A DNA stretch of 64,000 bases. Source: Malacoraja senta (taxonomy: Eukaryota). Positions 50,951 to 63,985 of the stretch are shown here, piece by piece (position 1 is the stretch's first letter; each line of letters opens with the position of its first letter). The translations under genes and the position numbers were made by a program. The stretch lies in NCBI GenBank assembly GCA_038087875.1, contig CM075978.1:102548001-102612000 (forward strand). Reading direction: 5' to 3'. The notes beneath the pieces are model-generated. The model was not told where the DNA came from, did not search any database, and saw only the letters and a program-made list of their open reading frames with translations.

Positions 50951-51976
50951 TAATCACACCAAGACTCAAAACCAAAGGGTCATTAAATACCATGCAGGCA
51001 TTTTCAGGGATCCCGTGTGGCATGGCGGGATCTCAAATCAACAAATGTATTAAAAGCAAAGGGAATAGATTTTGAGTATGCTGAGGGCAGGGGGGTGAAT
51101 TAATTATGAGTAGAAAAGGAGTTAAGGCCAAAACAATTATGATTAGCTATAATCTTACACATCAGCAATGTTCATTGGGCTGCCATGTGATTAAAGTCCT
51201 GCTCTTAATTCCTATATTCTGTATAACCTTCTAATCTACTAACACTGGTAGGTGAGTGGTGGTGGGGAGGGGTGGAGTTTGGCAGGTGTTCAATGGCAGA
51301 TGGTGAATGAGTAGGAAAGTATGTATCAGTTGGATTCTGAAGTTGAGAGTGAGGAGAAAGCCAAATCTGGTGAAATAACACAGCAAATACATCAGCTACA
51401 ACACACTCAGGACATTAGGTGAAAATGGAAAATTTAAACACCCACCTGGACAACCCAACATAAACTTCAATTCTACTTTAATCTTATTCTCACCAATAGG
51501 CCTGACACGTGAACATGTTAGTTTGGCACATTTGCCACTGCCTATCCACGAGCTAGGTTCTTGCCCCTGTACAAAATCAGGTATTTGTGGCCCATGTAAC
51601 AAGACATAGTTGCAAATGATACCAATAAAAGTTGAAGATGTGCAGGAGCAGACCAGGTTGCCAAGCTGGAAGAGATATCAAGGGCTGGTATTCGCTATGG
51701 GAGAATTTGAACACAAAAAGACTATTGCTAAATTTGAATTTGAGATGGAATTTGAGATGGAAATTAGTAGAGGATGGAAGATGGGAGACTATGCAAGGAA
51801 GTATTTGAGCAATAGTCTGCAAGTAGTAAAGGCATTGATCATGGTTTTAGCAGCTATCGGGCTGTAGCAGAAATTGAGATGAGAGATATTTTGGTGGTTA
51901 AGTAGATGGGGCTGGAGAAGTATGAAGTGCAAGTGGATTGGACAATGAAGTAAGCAACATTTATTTTTACTAAATA

Positions 51977-52957
51977 CAGTAAACCTTGATTTAATGGACC
52001 CCTTGATAACGGATTTCGGATATAGCAGACAGAACTGCCGATGCAACCACCAGCTCGCACCACCTCCCCAGCCTCTTACAGCTCAAGCTTCTGACGCCAC
52101 CCCCGGCTCACAAGCGGCCTTCTTCACCCACCGCATGGTCTGGCTGGTGCGGCTTACATTGTAGCCAATGGAGATAACGCTATCTTCAAGCCAACGACAG
52201 GACACGCTTGGTCACTGTGGGGTTCCCTTCCCTCCCACATGCTGCTGCTTCTTCCTGTCAGCCCGTTGCTTTGTCTGTTCCCCGGACCACCGTTGCTTCC
52301 TTTCTTGTCACTCTGTCCACTCAGCCTCTCCCCCTATTCCCCCGCCGCCAAACTGCTGCCGCCCCCTCCACCTTCTCCCCCGGAGTTGCTGACATACTCC
52401 ACCTTGGAAGATGTCGGCGACTGTGGAGGAATGAGGGAGAGGCCAAGTGGACAGAGCAACGGGAGGAGGAGGAGGAGGTAGTGAAGGAATGGGGAGCAGA
52501 GAAAGTGATGGTCAGACAAGTAGAAGCAGTGGCAGGTGGGAGGGAAGCTCCATGGTGACCGAGCGTGTCCTTTTCAGTGGCGGCAGTGGCCTGAAGAAAG
52601 CGCTGTCCCAGGATACTACAATGTGAGCTGCAACTTCAACTGGACAGCGCGGCAGCTGGTGAAGAAGGCTCGCTGGTGCAAACCAGTGGCATCAGTGCCT
52701 AGTTTTAAGGTGAAACAATACAAAATGCTGGAGTAACTCAGCAGACTGAATCAGTCTGAAGGAGGGTCCCGAAGTCACCTGTCCATATTCTCCAGAGACC
52801 AGACCGCTGAGTACACTATCTTTTTGTGTATTAACCAGCATCTGCAGTTCTTTGTTTCAACTACACACAATAATAATACCTTATTCAGTTATAGCGGACA
52901 ATCGTCAATAACGGACACCATTCTCTTCCCATGGACCGTTATAACGAGGGTTTACAG
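51977..52957. mobile_element. pogo/Tigger-like non-autonomous DNA element with TA TSD and GC-rich interior; nested Penelope fragment at ~52715-52865
   Basis: ta|cagtaaaccttgatttaatgga ... ccgttataacgagggtttacag|ta form imperfect TIRs, with subterminal ataacgga/tatagc repeats at both ends. Confidence 0.65.
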
Positions 52958-54387
52958 TACTAGATTTTTAGTATATAACCCCCCCCCCCCCCCCAAAATA
53001 AGTTTTTTCATCACATTGGGTAAATAGCGACTCAGAATGTCCTGGGAAACTCAACAAACATTAAATCACACATGCAGCTTTACTATTCATAAATTTTCAC
53101 TTGTGCTTTCAAAATGACTTAAAACAGCAGCAGGTCAATCCTAAAGAATATAGGAAAGATAGATTGGAAGCACGTGTCCAGAAAAATGTAAATAATCTTT
53201 TAGTTTTACAAAAGTAAACCAATCTAGAACAGCCATTCACAAAAATCTAGCAAAGAATTTAATTGCAGTTTTAAAATATTTATCATCTCAAATGTTTATT
53301 CTGATATAAAGTACCTATGTAGATTTGGGTTGTAAGTGGCCAAAGTCCGATACAGGCTTTTCACCTCTATCATATTAGATGGTGGAAGTATCTTTAAACG
53401 CAATTACTTCCTGTCATTTTCCCAGTCGTAAGCACTGGTTTTGGTAACACATAATACACAGCACAAATGCAACTTTGCATTATACTTTTATGTGTATACT
53501 CCAACAGCCTTATTTCTTGGGTTATGTTAACTGATGGTAGTGCCATACCCCACATTCAGATCAGCCACATTATATAGGTCAAATAGGTTTTATTCTTTAG
53601 TTTGGAATGCTTGATATGTTAATATCCTCAAGGCACTCCAGTGTACAAGTAGTCTAATTTTAATTTGATACTGTTTGGGAACAGTATCCTAAGCTGATAC
53701 ATTCCTTAGTTGTACCACTAATTTCTCAATCATGTTAGCAGCTGACAGTCTGTATAAAGTAAATCTTTTGTATCAAAACAAAGTGAAACAAAAGATAAAA
53801 CAATTCTCTGACATTAGTACCTTGGACAAAAGCATCTCTTTACAAAGCTCCTCGGGGGAGTTATTACTCACCTCAAATGGGACATAGGTTTGAAAAACAT
53901 CAGTCGAGTTTTGCCACTCAGTAAAAGTTTAAAGAAAAAGGGCATCCCTGTTTGCAGCAATGAACTCTTTAAAAAAAATAATTAAAACTTTTTTTCCCCA
54001 TTTTGGAATGACAACCATAATCAACAGCGATTAATCTGGTGAATCTTTTAGTGAACTCAATTTATAAAATGCAACAGAGGCTTTTTGTCTTCAGATGAAA
54101 ATCAATTAGTGTAGGTAAGGCCACATGGAAAAACTAACATCACTCATCACTAGCCCCTGGCAGCTCAAATGATTTGTCTTCTAAGCTTGGGTGATCAGGA
54201 GCTGCTGTAATATCTCAAGAAAATTAATTTTGTTTCTACATTCTAGACCGAGTTTCCTTGTTTGGTGGACCTTTACACAAATAACTTTTAATCAAGGCTG
54301 ATCTTTGATTAATATCATGGGTGATCTCAGAAGAAGGCTCTTTTTTCATGAGCCCTTATACAGCTAGGTCATTGCCTGTGTCCTTAC

Positions 54388-54465
54388 CTTGCTGTTTCTC
54401 TGTCGACCACCAGGCATTGCACAGAATGTCGCAGACAGTATGTTCCACCAAAGACTGCAGACATC
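54388..54465 (-). CDS. CHM: CHM exon (equivalent to human exon 9), 78 nt; the most 5' CHM exon found in the window
   Basis: ttgcag|G ATG...GCA AG|gtaagg. Encodes (R)[25 protein letters not shown](R), versus human [25 protein letters not shown]. Confidence 0.96.
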
Positions 54466-55939
54466 CTGCAAGAAATAGTGCAAGCATGATTTTTTTTTCA
54501 AACAGCAAACAATATTTTTACATCTTGCGTTCAAATTGAAGAAATCCAGTAATGTTAGAAACTTGAGTGAATTTTCTGCTTTCAATTCCACAGTTACTGT
54601 ACTTATATTTCAACTCTGAATTATTTGTGAGTTCAGGCAATACAGGTATTCCACAAAAATCTTTTACCAAATGCAAAGAATACAAAGACTATACATAGCA
54701 CTTCAAATCCATGATGTGTTACTGTTAGGAATTTGGAACCCCATTTTATCTATGTGCGGATTATTCAAACAATTCCCTTATAATGGAGAGAATTGTACTG
54801 ACATTTTGCATTTTCTTAGTGTCCAAAAGACTTTTAAAGAAAGCACACCGAAACATTGTTTAAAATTTAGCTACCTCGATCTAAAATATATGCAATTCCC
54901 TCAAATAACTTTAAAGTAAAATTCGTTTAGGGTTAGGTATTAGTTTCCAGCTTAAACTTGTGACTATTCCAATATTTAATAATTCATACACTGGCCGAAC
55001 AATTAAAATTTGCTGTTTGATTCTTGGTTTGCAATCAATGAGAATTCTTAGTCACGTTAGCTGCTGAGTCAGCTTGATCACACCACAGCTTCCAGACACC
55101 AGTAATCTCCCTGACCTGATGCCTGATAAGAATGCAGTCAGAAAACTGAAAATTCCCATCAGAGATGATCAAATCCTTGAGGAGTTTCTTTCATGGACAT
55201 CAGTGAACATTGATACTGACCACAGATTCACAATGATCTTAAAACTTCAGGTTTGCATTTATAAGCACACTATAAAGCATAAAATGCTTAGATCAAACTG
55301 GAAACAAGTCAGTTCTATTAAATATTTTGCCTTTCAAAGAACAAAACTCTACTTCAGCAGAATATTTTGCATTGAATAGTATAATATGCTTGCTTTAATA
55401 AAGCAGCTTAGCCAAGCATGGAAGAGCTGTTAATAATTTTGATTGATTTGAAGACTATAGGTCTTGGTGGGGGCAGGGGTTTAACAATTAATAATACAAG
55501 TTGAAAATAGCAGAACCTATAGCAGTACAAAAATACTGCAAACCTTTCAATATTCCAATTACAGCATCTGTTGAAAGCTTTATGCAACAATTATATGCAG
55601 TATTCATCCAAATTGAGTTTGTTCACCAGGTTAAAGTCAGGCTGTCCTGACCAGGAATTAGAGAGCTACTACATTGACACAATATATAATGCCATAATAA
55701 ATATTGCAATGTTGTAATGAAGGGAAGAGTAAAAGGTGGAATCCAGGAACAATTAGATAATCAAAGTTTGGTGTTGAGTAGAGAGTTTGATGACAAAAGT
55801 AAAATAAATAAATGGCTACGGCAATAATAGAATCATTATCACAATAAAGCATAGGAGCCATGAATACAATCAGAAATTGTTGAATTTAATAGCATAGAAG
55901 CTTCTTTCCAATTTAAAACGTTGTATGGCATCCTTAGAG

Positions 55940-56240
55940 TGGGCGGCCTAGTGACGCAACTGGTAGAGCTGTGGCCTTTCAGCCCCAGAGACCCGTGTTT
56001 GATCCTGAACTCTGGTCTCCTTTTGTTAGTTTGCACGTTCTCTATGACCAAGTGGGTTTCCTCTGGGTGCTCCGATTTCTTTCTACATCCCAAATACATG
56101 TGGGTTTGTAGGTTAATAAGCCTCAGTAAAATTGCCCTAAATATGTAGGGAGTGGATGAGAAAGGGAATAATATAAAACCAGTGAATCGATGGTCAGTGT
56201 ACATTCGTTGGGCCGAAGGACTTGCTTCCATGCTGTACAG
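55940..56240 (+). mobile_element. Older V-SINE copy
   Basis: Diverged match to 14965-15263 (ggtagagctg...tttgatcc...gtttgcacgttctct...gggccgaaggacttgcttcc). Confidence 0.75.
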
Positions 56241-56761
56241 TATCTCCCTCAACACTCTCTTTATATTTAGAAGTCCCATAAACATCATCCTGTAATACAA
56301 GGTTTTTAGAGCATCATTTCTGGGTTTCCCTGTGTAACACATGGCGTCATTTTGAATCCACAATTTTTTATTAATCTGTTTCCAGGTCCTATAGCTACAA
56401 TCTCAGGACAAAGGACTAAAGATGATATAGGTGGAGCTAGTAGAGAATGTCATTTCTTTAAGAAAGGATGTTGCAATGATGGGAGAAATTATTAAAAATA
56501 GTCCCATGGATCAGAGATCGGCAAAGGCTGGTAGAGAATAATATTCATGAGACACTTTCATTTTGCAAACGGCAAAAATCCTCCAAAGCTACAACTTAAC
56601 ACTCAAGTGATATCCGTGAATGTCTGAACTTTCAAATTCACGTGCAAGCCATATCTGCTCCCATAGGTTTAAGATGTACCTTGAGTCTTTTCTTCGAAGT
56701 GTTTGGGTAACCTCCCCAATGCAGTGCTGATCATCAAAATAATTACATGGCATGCAGACTC

Positions 56762-57325
56762 TTACACATCAGTGAGACCAAACAGACTGGGTCATCGTTT
56801 CGCGGAACACCTTCGCTCAGCCCACCTGAACCAACCTGATCTCCCGGTTGCTGCAGATCAGGTTTAATTCTCCTTCCCGTCACCAGACCTTTCTGTCCTT
56901 GGTCACCTCCATTGTCAGAGTGAGGCTAAACGCTAATTGGAGGAACAACATCTCATATTTCGCTTGGCCAGCTTACAGCCCAGTGGTAAGAATTCTGAGT
57001 TCTCTCACTTCAGGTAGCCCTGGCATTCCCTCCCTCCCCCACCCAAGTCGCACTAGCATCTCATTTTCACCCTACAAACAGCTTACAATGGCCCATTTCC
57101 TTTACCATCGTTACCTTTTTGCATATCTTTCATTCATTGTTCTTTATCTCTCCACATCACTGTTTATATCTCTCGTTTCCCTTATCCCTAACCAGTCTGA
57201 AGAAGGGTCTCGACCCAAAACGTCACCCATTCCTCTTCTCCAGAGATGCTGCCTGTCCAGCTGGGTTACTCCAGCTTTGTGTCTTTCTTTGGTTTAAACC
57301 AGCATCTGCAGTTCCATCTTACACG
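56762..57325 (+). mobile_element. Penelope-like 3' fragment (GIY-YIG C-terminus + pLTR with degenerate hammerhead at ~57194-57227)
   Basis: tacatcagtgagaccaaa...cgtttcgcggaacacctt and agtctgaagaagggtctcgacccaaaacgtcacc. Confidence 0.82.
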
Positions 57326-57669
57326 TTTCTTATGCATAAGCAACAGCCTGGAATGTCCTTGAAGCTAGGAAATGGAGGCCAACGATGGCATGATCAATGA
57401 ACTCAGTCACATGTTCACCTGCATTCAAGTCACAGAAGATCAGAAATCTCCTTGAAGACAGACTTGCAGTGTTATCTGCATGGACAATGCTCCTCTGAGA
57501 AAGAGCAAGCAGCATAGATCTCTAAACTCTAGGTGGATAGGGTTTTGGTTCTTTTCTGCTTCCTCCAACAATGCCCACAGTTGCTTGCAAAGACACTGAT
57601 GGCTCTGGTCCATCACCAACCTGGTAAATTGAACCATGCAGTGTTTCAAGGAAATCTGGGTTTCTGTAG

Positions 57670-57950
57670 ACAGAATAGTTTCCTAGGATGGGAAAATCAA
57701 ATACTAGAGGGCATAGCTTTAAGGCGAGAGGGTCATAGTTTAAAGATGTGTGGCGCAACGTTTGTTTGTTTTTTAAATGGAGGGTGGCGAGTGCCTGGAA
57801 CGTAGTTGAGGAAGATACGACTGGCAATTGAGACTTCTGGATAGGCATATGGATATTCAGGGAATGAAGAGATATGGATTATGTGCCGGTGGATAAAAGA
57901 TGGTCTTGGCATAGATATCGCGGGCCAAAAAACCTGTTCTTGTGCTGTTC
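57670..57950 (+). mobile_element. Degenerate CR1 3' fragment
   Basis: Similar to 7935-8255. Confidence 0.65.
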
Positions 57951-59274
57951 TGCTCTAACTGATTGTATTTGAGTTCAAAATGAAATAATGAATCAGTAAG
58001 TATTGTCAACTAAGAAACGTGAACAATCACACTATGTGCGTGAATGCATTAAAATGTGAAGAAACTTTAGACAAGCTTAACATTTAATTTCTGATTAAGA
58101 AAGTTTGCAGCGGTCTTCTATTGTGATAGGGGTGAAGAAATATTGTCCTAATTTTGCAACATTTTTAAGATCTTTGAGAGATCAATTACTACATCCTCCT
58201 ACCTCAAGAATGCTCTTACAGGTATCTTTTGATTCTTGAAGTAAATTCTACTTTAAGCAAAGACTCGCATACTGTAGTTCAGTACACAGAGCCAGTTAAC
58301 TTTCCTTTAATGGCTGATAAAAATCGCAAGTGAAAGAAGATATAATAGTATCTTGATTTTTTATTAATGGAAAATGATACCAGCCTAAAAATACAATAAA
58401 ACCAAATCAAATAGTCGTTTAAAATGTCAATGTTGCTATCATATTTTACCTTTTCAGAACCGTGTGCATGTAATTGGAGGTCTTGTTTTATTCTTGTTTT
58501 TGAAATTCTGGAAAACATCTACTTTTACTGTAAACGTGTACAAACTGCTGATCGGCACTAAGCCAAAACAGAGTATTCGACCCACAGGCCCAAGATACGG
58601 CTCAATAAATATGAGAAGGAGGAATCGAGCCGTTTCAGACTGGCATTTGGCATTCTGCATTGGGAATGCACACCAGTTACATAACTCTGATGCAAATTTT
58701 GTACACCCACCTTGTGCAAGTTAACTGCAATGTTAGTTTAGTGTCACGTGTACTAGATACAGTGAAAAACTGTTTTGCATGTTATCCAGGCAAATCATAC
58801 CAAACACAAGTTCATCAGCTAGTGCAAATAAGAAAATAAACAGTGCAGAATATAATGTCACAACTACAGAAAAAGGAGAGGCTGTTCCAATTAAATTGTG
58901 TTTTGGTCCCACATACCTCAGCTTTATTACTGAGTGTTTAACTCTTAAAATTGGTCAATCACATATTTCAGCTTAGGCTTTTACTGTTAGTACACTCCAT
59001 TTAGTATTGTGCTTTTCCAATGTTCGTCAACAAAAGTAGAAGCTATATTATAAACAAAGGCTAACCCTTAACTTGTTTTCCCTTGCACATCAAACTGGCA
59101 CTGTCACGTAAAAAGTTCACTGATTTGCGGTAAAATGTGATTTATAAAGGGTTACGAACTATGAAATCTAACTTTGCACATTTTTACCATCAATGTGATA
59201 GAATTTTGAGAGTATCCCTCTGAAAGTTAACTGATCTGATGTACGTCACTTTCCTCAAAATTCATTGAATGATT

Positions 59275-59465
59275 AGAAACATAGAAACATAGAAACATAG
59301 AAAATAGGTGCAGGAGGAGGCCATTCGGCCCTTTGAGCCAGCACTGCCATTCATTGTGATCATGGCTGATCGTCCCCAATCAATAACCCGTGCCTGCCTT
59401 CTCCCCATATCCCTTGATTCCACTAGCCCCTAGAGCTCTATCTAACTCTCTCTTAAATCCATCCA
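59275..59465 (-). mobile_element. CR1 3' UTR fragment with (tttctatg)n tail
   Basis: (catagaaa)3 followed by a match to 37665-37830. Confidence 0.85.
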
Positions 59466-60383
59466 TTGATTCATTAATTTTCATAAAACTCTGCCACTCC
59501 CCTGAAAAAAAATGCTATTTCGTGAAAATGCATCAGGTTTAAATTCTACCTGTTCCATTTAGCAGTTTATCCTTCTTTACTTTGCTTTATTTCCAATAAC
59601 TTAATTTCCATCATGCCAGATTAAGACTTGGTTAATTTAAAATCTTGCAAAGCATTTTCTAAAGCTAGATTTTAAAGTTGCCCATACAGTTGCTTATTAA
59701 GTTTCCTGGACCAATTTATTTCTTCCACATTAACCTTGCCTTGGGGTTGGGCTCGAGTTCCAATTCACCTCCAATATCAACAGAGTGCAGTGGCATTGAT
59801 GATTTTCTCTTCAATCTGTCAACACCTGTAAACTCACTAAATCTTGAAGCTTCTCCCAGGAAGGTTTGTGATATTTCACTTGTGCCTCAGGTTTTTGTAA
59901 AGTTTTACCTTCGAGTTTGCAAGTAATTTGAAATTTCCATTCTACCTCCTGTAGCATCGACTGTCCACTCCACTTGTAACCCACCAACACAACATCAAAA
60001 TTCAAGAGAAGCGTCATTGCTCCCTCCCCACATACCATGGTGCCAAATTCTAATACGACATGTATTGCCAAACCATCTGCACTAAATCCACTAATGCTCC
60101 AGCACTCAGTCCAATGCTTAAACTGGTATAAATCATCCTGCTACTTTGGTTGCAAGCCATTGCCCAAGTTCATTCCATGATCTCCATTAGCTTACATTGA
60201 CCCCACCCCAACATTGTAGTTTGATTTCTAACAATACCCCAAGAATTGGCAAAAAACTGCTATAATGGAATAACAGAGCATGGATAGAGCAGAAATAAGC
60301 ACAGGAAGAAAAGAAAACTCCATTAAAATAAAAGCGTGTTCGAAAAATAGACATAGAAAAAGGGTTCATATTAACTTTATGAA

Positions 60384-60597
60384 CACACTAGGGACAATTT
60401 TACATTTAAACCAAACCAATTAACCTACAAACCTGTACGTCTTTGGAGTGTGGAAGGAAACCAAAGATCTCGGAGAAAACCCACGGTGACCGGAAGAACA
60501 TACAAACTTTGTACAGACGGCACCCATAGTCAGGATCAAACCTGGGTCTCCGGCGCTGTACGGCAGTAGCTCTACCGCTACGCCACCATGCTGCCCC
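60384..60597 (-). mobile_element. V-SINE 5' portion with A and B boxes
   Basis: Minus strand: ggggcagcatggTGGCGTAGCGGtagagc...GGTTTGATCC, followed by the V-domain. Confidence 0.85.
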
Positions 60598-61981
60598 GAG
60601 AACATGGAGAGGCAGTGCTTTGAGTTCAGGCAGGAGGGGGATCCCGATCTGAAATGTCACCTAACCACATTCTCCAGAGATGCTGCGTGACCTGCTAGGT
60701 TACTCCAGCACTTTTTGCCAACTTTAAATTGTTTTGTTTCACTATAATCACGAATTTTGAATGAATTGCATTCACTTGCTTAGACTTGATGGGATAAATG
60801 GTCTCCTCCAATGTTGTATGGGAATAGAAAAACGAACCAGGCACAAGCAAAGTTAATACTTTTGCTCCATGATTAGCTGCAAAGCTTAAATCGATTTATT
60901 CTGGCTCTCAGGGCATGTAGCCAATGATTATATCCACATAAATGGGAAAAATAAATCTACTAAATTATAAAACATTGGGATCTGAAAGATATAATTGCAA
61001 TTTTTTTCCTTTGTGGAATATCAGAACTTATCAGAAAATAAAATTCTAAGCACCAGTTTTGGTGATATGTTAATGTTACATGTTAAAAAAACCTTCTTAA
61101 TTTGCTACATTTAGGCACTATGAAGCCTTAAAATACAAGCTGCCCCATGCAGCTTGCTATAACAAACTCCACAGATTTATTTTGGTATTTCAACTCAAGA
61201 TACGTAGCACCAAAATGCCACTAAAACTTATTTCCATATGACTAGGGCTACAGGTTGTCCTCACAGCCGGGTACAACAGCTCAATAAGAACCACTCATGG
61301 TTCTGTAGTTTTTCCTCAGAAATTGTGCTAACAAGGAGACAATAGCTACCGAGTACATTTTAAGAAAAAATACTTTGTCTCAAAGTGGACCAAGACATAT
61401 TTTGAATGCATTTAGAGAAAATAAGGTTATTCCAAACATTAATAGAGCACATTGACATTTGTTCAATTCACCCCACTCCTTTCCCAGTTTTAAATACGTG
61501 CCACCTTAAATCAATCAGCATAGCATTTCACACATTGTGTTTTAACACACCTTTGCATTATAGATTTATGGTGTGAATGATCATTTAGGGTTCTGTCAGA
61601 AACAATTTAGAACAGTAATTTTCACAAACTGATAGGTAACCAATCTATGTTCTACTCTAACCATGCCTGCCCAACTGGCCACTTCTGAAATTTTACTTTT
61701 ATTTCTAATTTCCAGTTTCTACCGTATCTTGATTTAAGGCTGGGCCCTTGTGTACAGGTCAAAGGGCCAAATGGGCTACTCCTGCACCTATTTTCTATGT
61801 TTCATTCCCAATTCCCCATATCTGAGTGACTAGCAGGCCATTTCAAAGGGCCCTTAAAAGTCAATCATACTGCTTTAGGTCTGGGGTCAATTATAGGTCA
61901 AAGTGAAAAGATGACATATCTCCCAGCGTTAGAGACACTGATTGGTTTATAGAACAATTTATTAGTATTATAATGCCTTCA

Positions 61982-62830
61982 ACAATAGACAATAAATAAT
62001 AGGTGCAAGAGTAGGCCATTCGGCCCTTCGAGCCAGCACCGCCATTCACTGTGATCATGGCTGATCAGCCACAATCAGTACCCCATTCTTGCCTTCTCCC
62101 CATATCCCTTGACTATGTTTAAAGCTCTACTACCTAACTCTCTTGAAAGCATCCTGAGAATTGGCCTCCACAGCCTTCTGAGGCAGAGAATTCCATGGAT
62201 TCACAACTCTCTGGGTGAAAGAGTTTTCCTAATCTCCATTCTAAATGGCCTACCCCTTATTCTTAAACTGTGGCCCCTGGTTCTGGACTCCCCAATCATT
62301 GGGAACATGTTTCCTGCCTCTAGCGTGTCCAATCCCTTAATAATCTTATGTTTCAATAATATGCCCTCTCATCCTTCTAAATTCCACTGTATACAAGCCC
62401 ATTCTCTCAGCATATGACAGTCACGCCATCCCGGGAATTAACCTTGCTGCACTCCCTCAATATCAAGAATGTCCTACCTCAAATTTGGAGACCAAAACTG
62501 CACGCAATACTCCAGGTGTGGTCTCGCCAGGTGTGGTCTCTTTGCTCCTATACTCAACTCCTCTTGTTATGAAGGCCAACATGCCATTAGCTTTCTTCAC
62601 TGCCTGCTGTACCTGCATGCTTACTTTCAGTGACTGATGAACAAGGACCCCCAGATCTCATTGTACTTCCTCTTTTCCCAACTTGACACCACTCAGATAA
62701 TAATCTGCCTTCCTGTTTTTGCCACCAAAGTGGAAAAACTCACATTTATTCACATTAAACTGCATCTGCCATGCATCTGCTCACTCACTCAACATGTCCA
62801 AGTCACTCTGCAGCCTCATAGTACCCTCTT
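61982..62830 (-). mobile_element. CR1 LINE 3' fragment, apparently inserted into an older SINE-like remnant (61800-61980 and 62835-62920)
   Basis: Close match to 8281-9150 with small internal deletions. Confidence 0.88.
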
Positions 62831-63240
62831 CAGTTTTGAGCCGTTACTTGCTTTCTACTCCAATTTATTTGATAATTGAATTTAAATTCCACAGCTGCCA
62901 TGGTGGAATTCAAACTGATCTGATATACAAGTCACTTAATAGACCACAAACAGGATATTACTGCATCAGGTGTGGTGGGAAATTTAAAATAAGGACAAAG
63001 AATTCAAAATTAGAGCTTGAAGTCAGATCAGCAAGTAATTTAATCCGCCACCCCAGCCCCTCCTCGTATTATTAAGAGGTGGTGGAAATCTGTAAGGCAC
63101 AATTTCTCTAATGACGACAAATAACAAAATGAAATGAAATTTAAGTCAAATTAATTTCCTTCAGTTAAGCCCAAAGAAGCTAAATTTTCTGTCCTTATAA
63201 TCAACAATTAATAGACCACACAAATAAGTTGAGAACTGGA

Positions 63241-63331
63241 AGCAAAAAGACAAACTGCTGGAGTAATTCAGCAGGTCAGGCAGTACCGCTGAAGAACATG
63301 AGTAGGTGACGTTTCAGGTCGGGACCCTTCA
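63241..63331 (-). mobile_element. Short Penelope-derived insertion with 10-bp TSD
   Basis: gagaactgga at 63231-63240 and 63332-63341. The minus strand has ctgaagggtcccgacctgaaacgtcacc, a degenerate hammerhead. Confidence 0.72.
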
Positions 63332-63939
63332 GAGAACTGGATATACCTGACCAACAGATTGGATGCACTGACTGCAATACCAGATACATACAGGGGTGAT
63401 TCTTGGATTTAAAAATCTAATGCTAAATGGGTTATTAATGTGAGCAGGCAGGTTTTCTTCTATGAAGTTAATGATTACGGAATGGCTCACAGGTTTCAGT
63501 TTTTACCATCAAGATTTAAACTGAACCACTTGCACCACTGAAGAAATAAAGGTCATCTCTATTACCCTTTACATTCGTAAAACAAAGACAACCAATCTTA
63601 ATCATATACAGAAAATAGCTCTGATAATCGTGGTCTGTTCAGGAGTTGAGGAACCTTTTCATGCTATTAACCCTAAAAAAAGTAATGTCATTTGAAGTAT
63701 CCAACTAGCTGCTACCATTACTAATATGTATTCATTTGCTGAAAGAAGATGCCTAAACTGTATTTGTTCTCACCTTTAGCCTTCCAGTATCAAATCACAT
63801 TATGACTAAATTAACATCTGCAGAAATTTCAGACCTCGCATCATACTTTCATATAGTCTTTAAATGCCATTTCAGTTCCTATCAAGCCAAATCAGTGAAA
63901 GCAATTTTAAATGCAGCTGCTAAACAATAAGACCCATTA

Positions 63940-63985
63940 ATAGCTGAACTCTGACAGCACTATACATGATGATTTATGGTTCTGT
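63940..63985. promoter_or_regulatory. MEIS + PBX/HOX-like site pair in unique intronic DNA
   Basis: TGACAG at 63953-63958 and TGATTTATGG at 63970-63979. Confidence 0.35.

Noticed and set aside
46190-54387. miR-361, which is intronic in mammalian CHM
   Set aside because: No match to the mature sequence was seen, and it is not expected outside mammals.
55074-55379. 101-aa ORF; also 10321-10770, 23931-24386 and 32079-32441
   Set aside because: No recognisable domains or splice structure, and several use non-ATG starts. They are consistent with chance ORFs or decayed repeats.
58450-58518. Possible 69-nt cassette exon in CHM intron 8
   Set aside because: It has no polypyrimidine tract, contains a stop in the CHM phase and shows no REP1 similarity.
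60500-60597. tRNA gene
   Set aside because: The A/B boxes belong to a SINE head followed by the V-domain; there is no complete cloverleaf.
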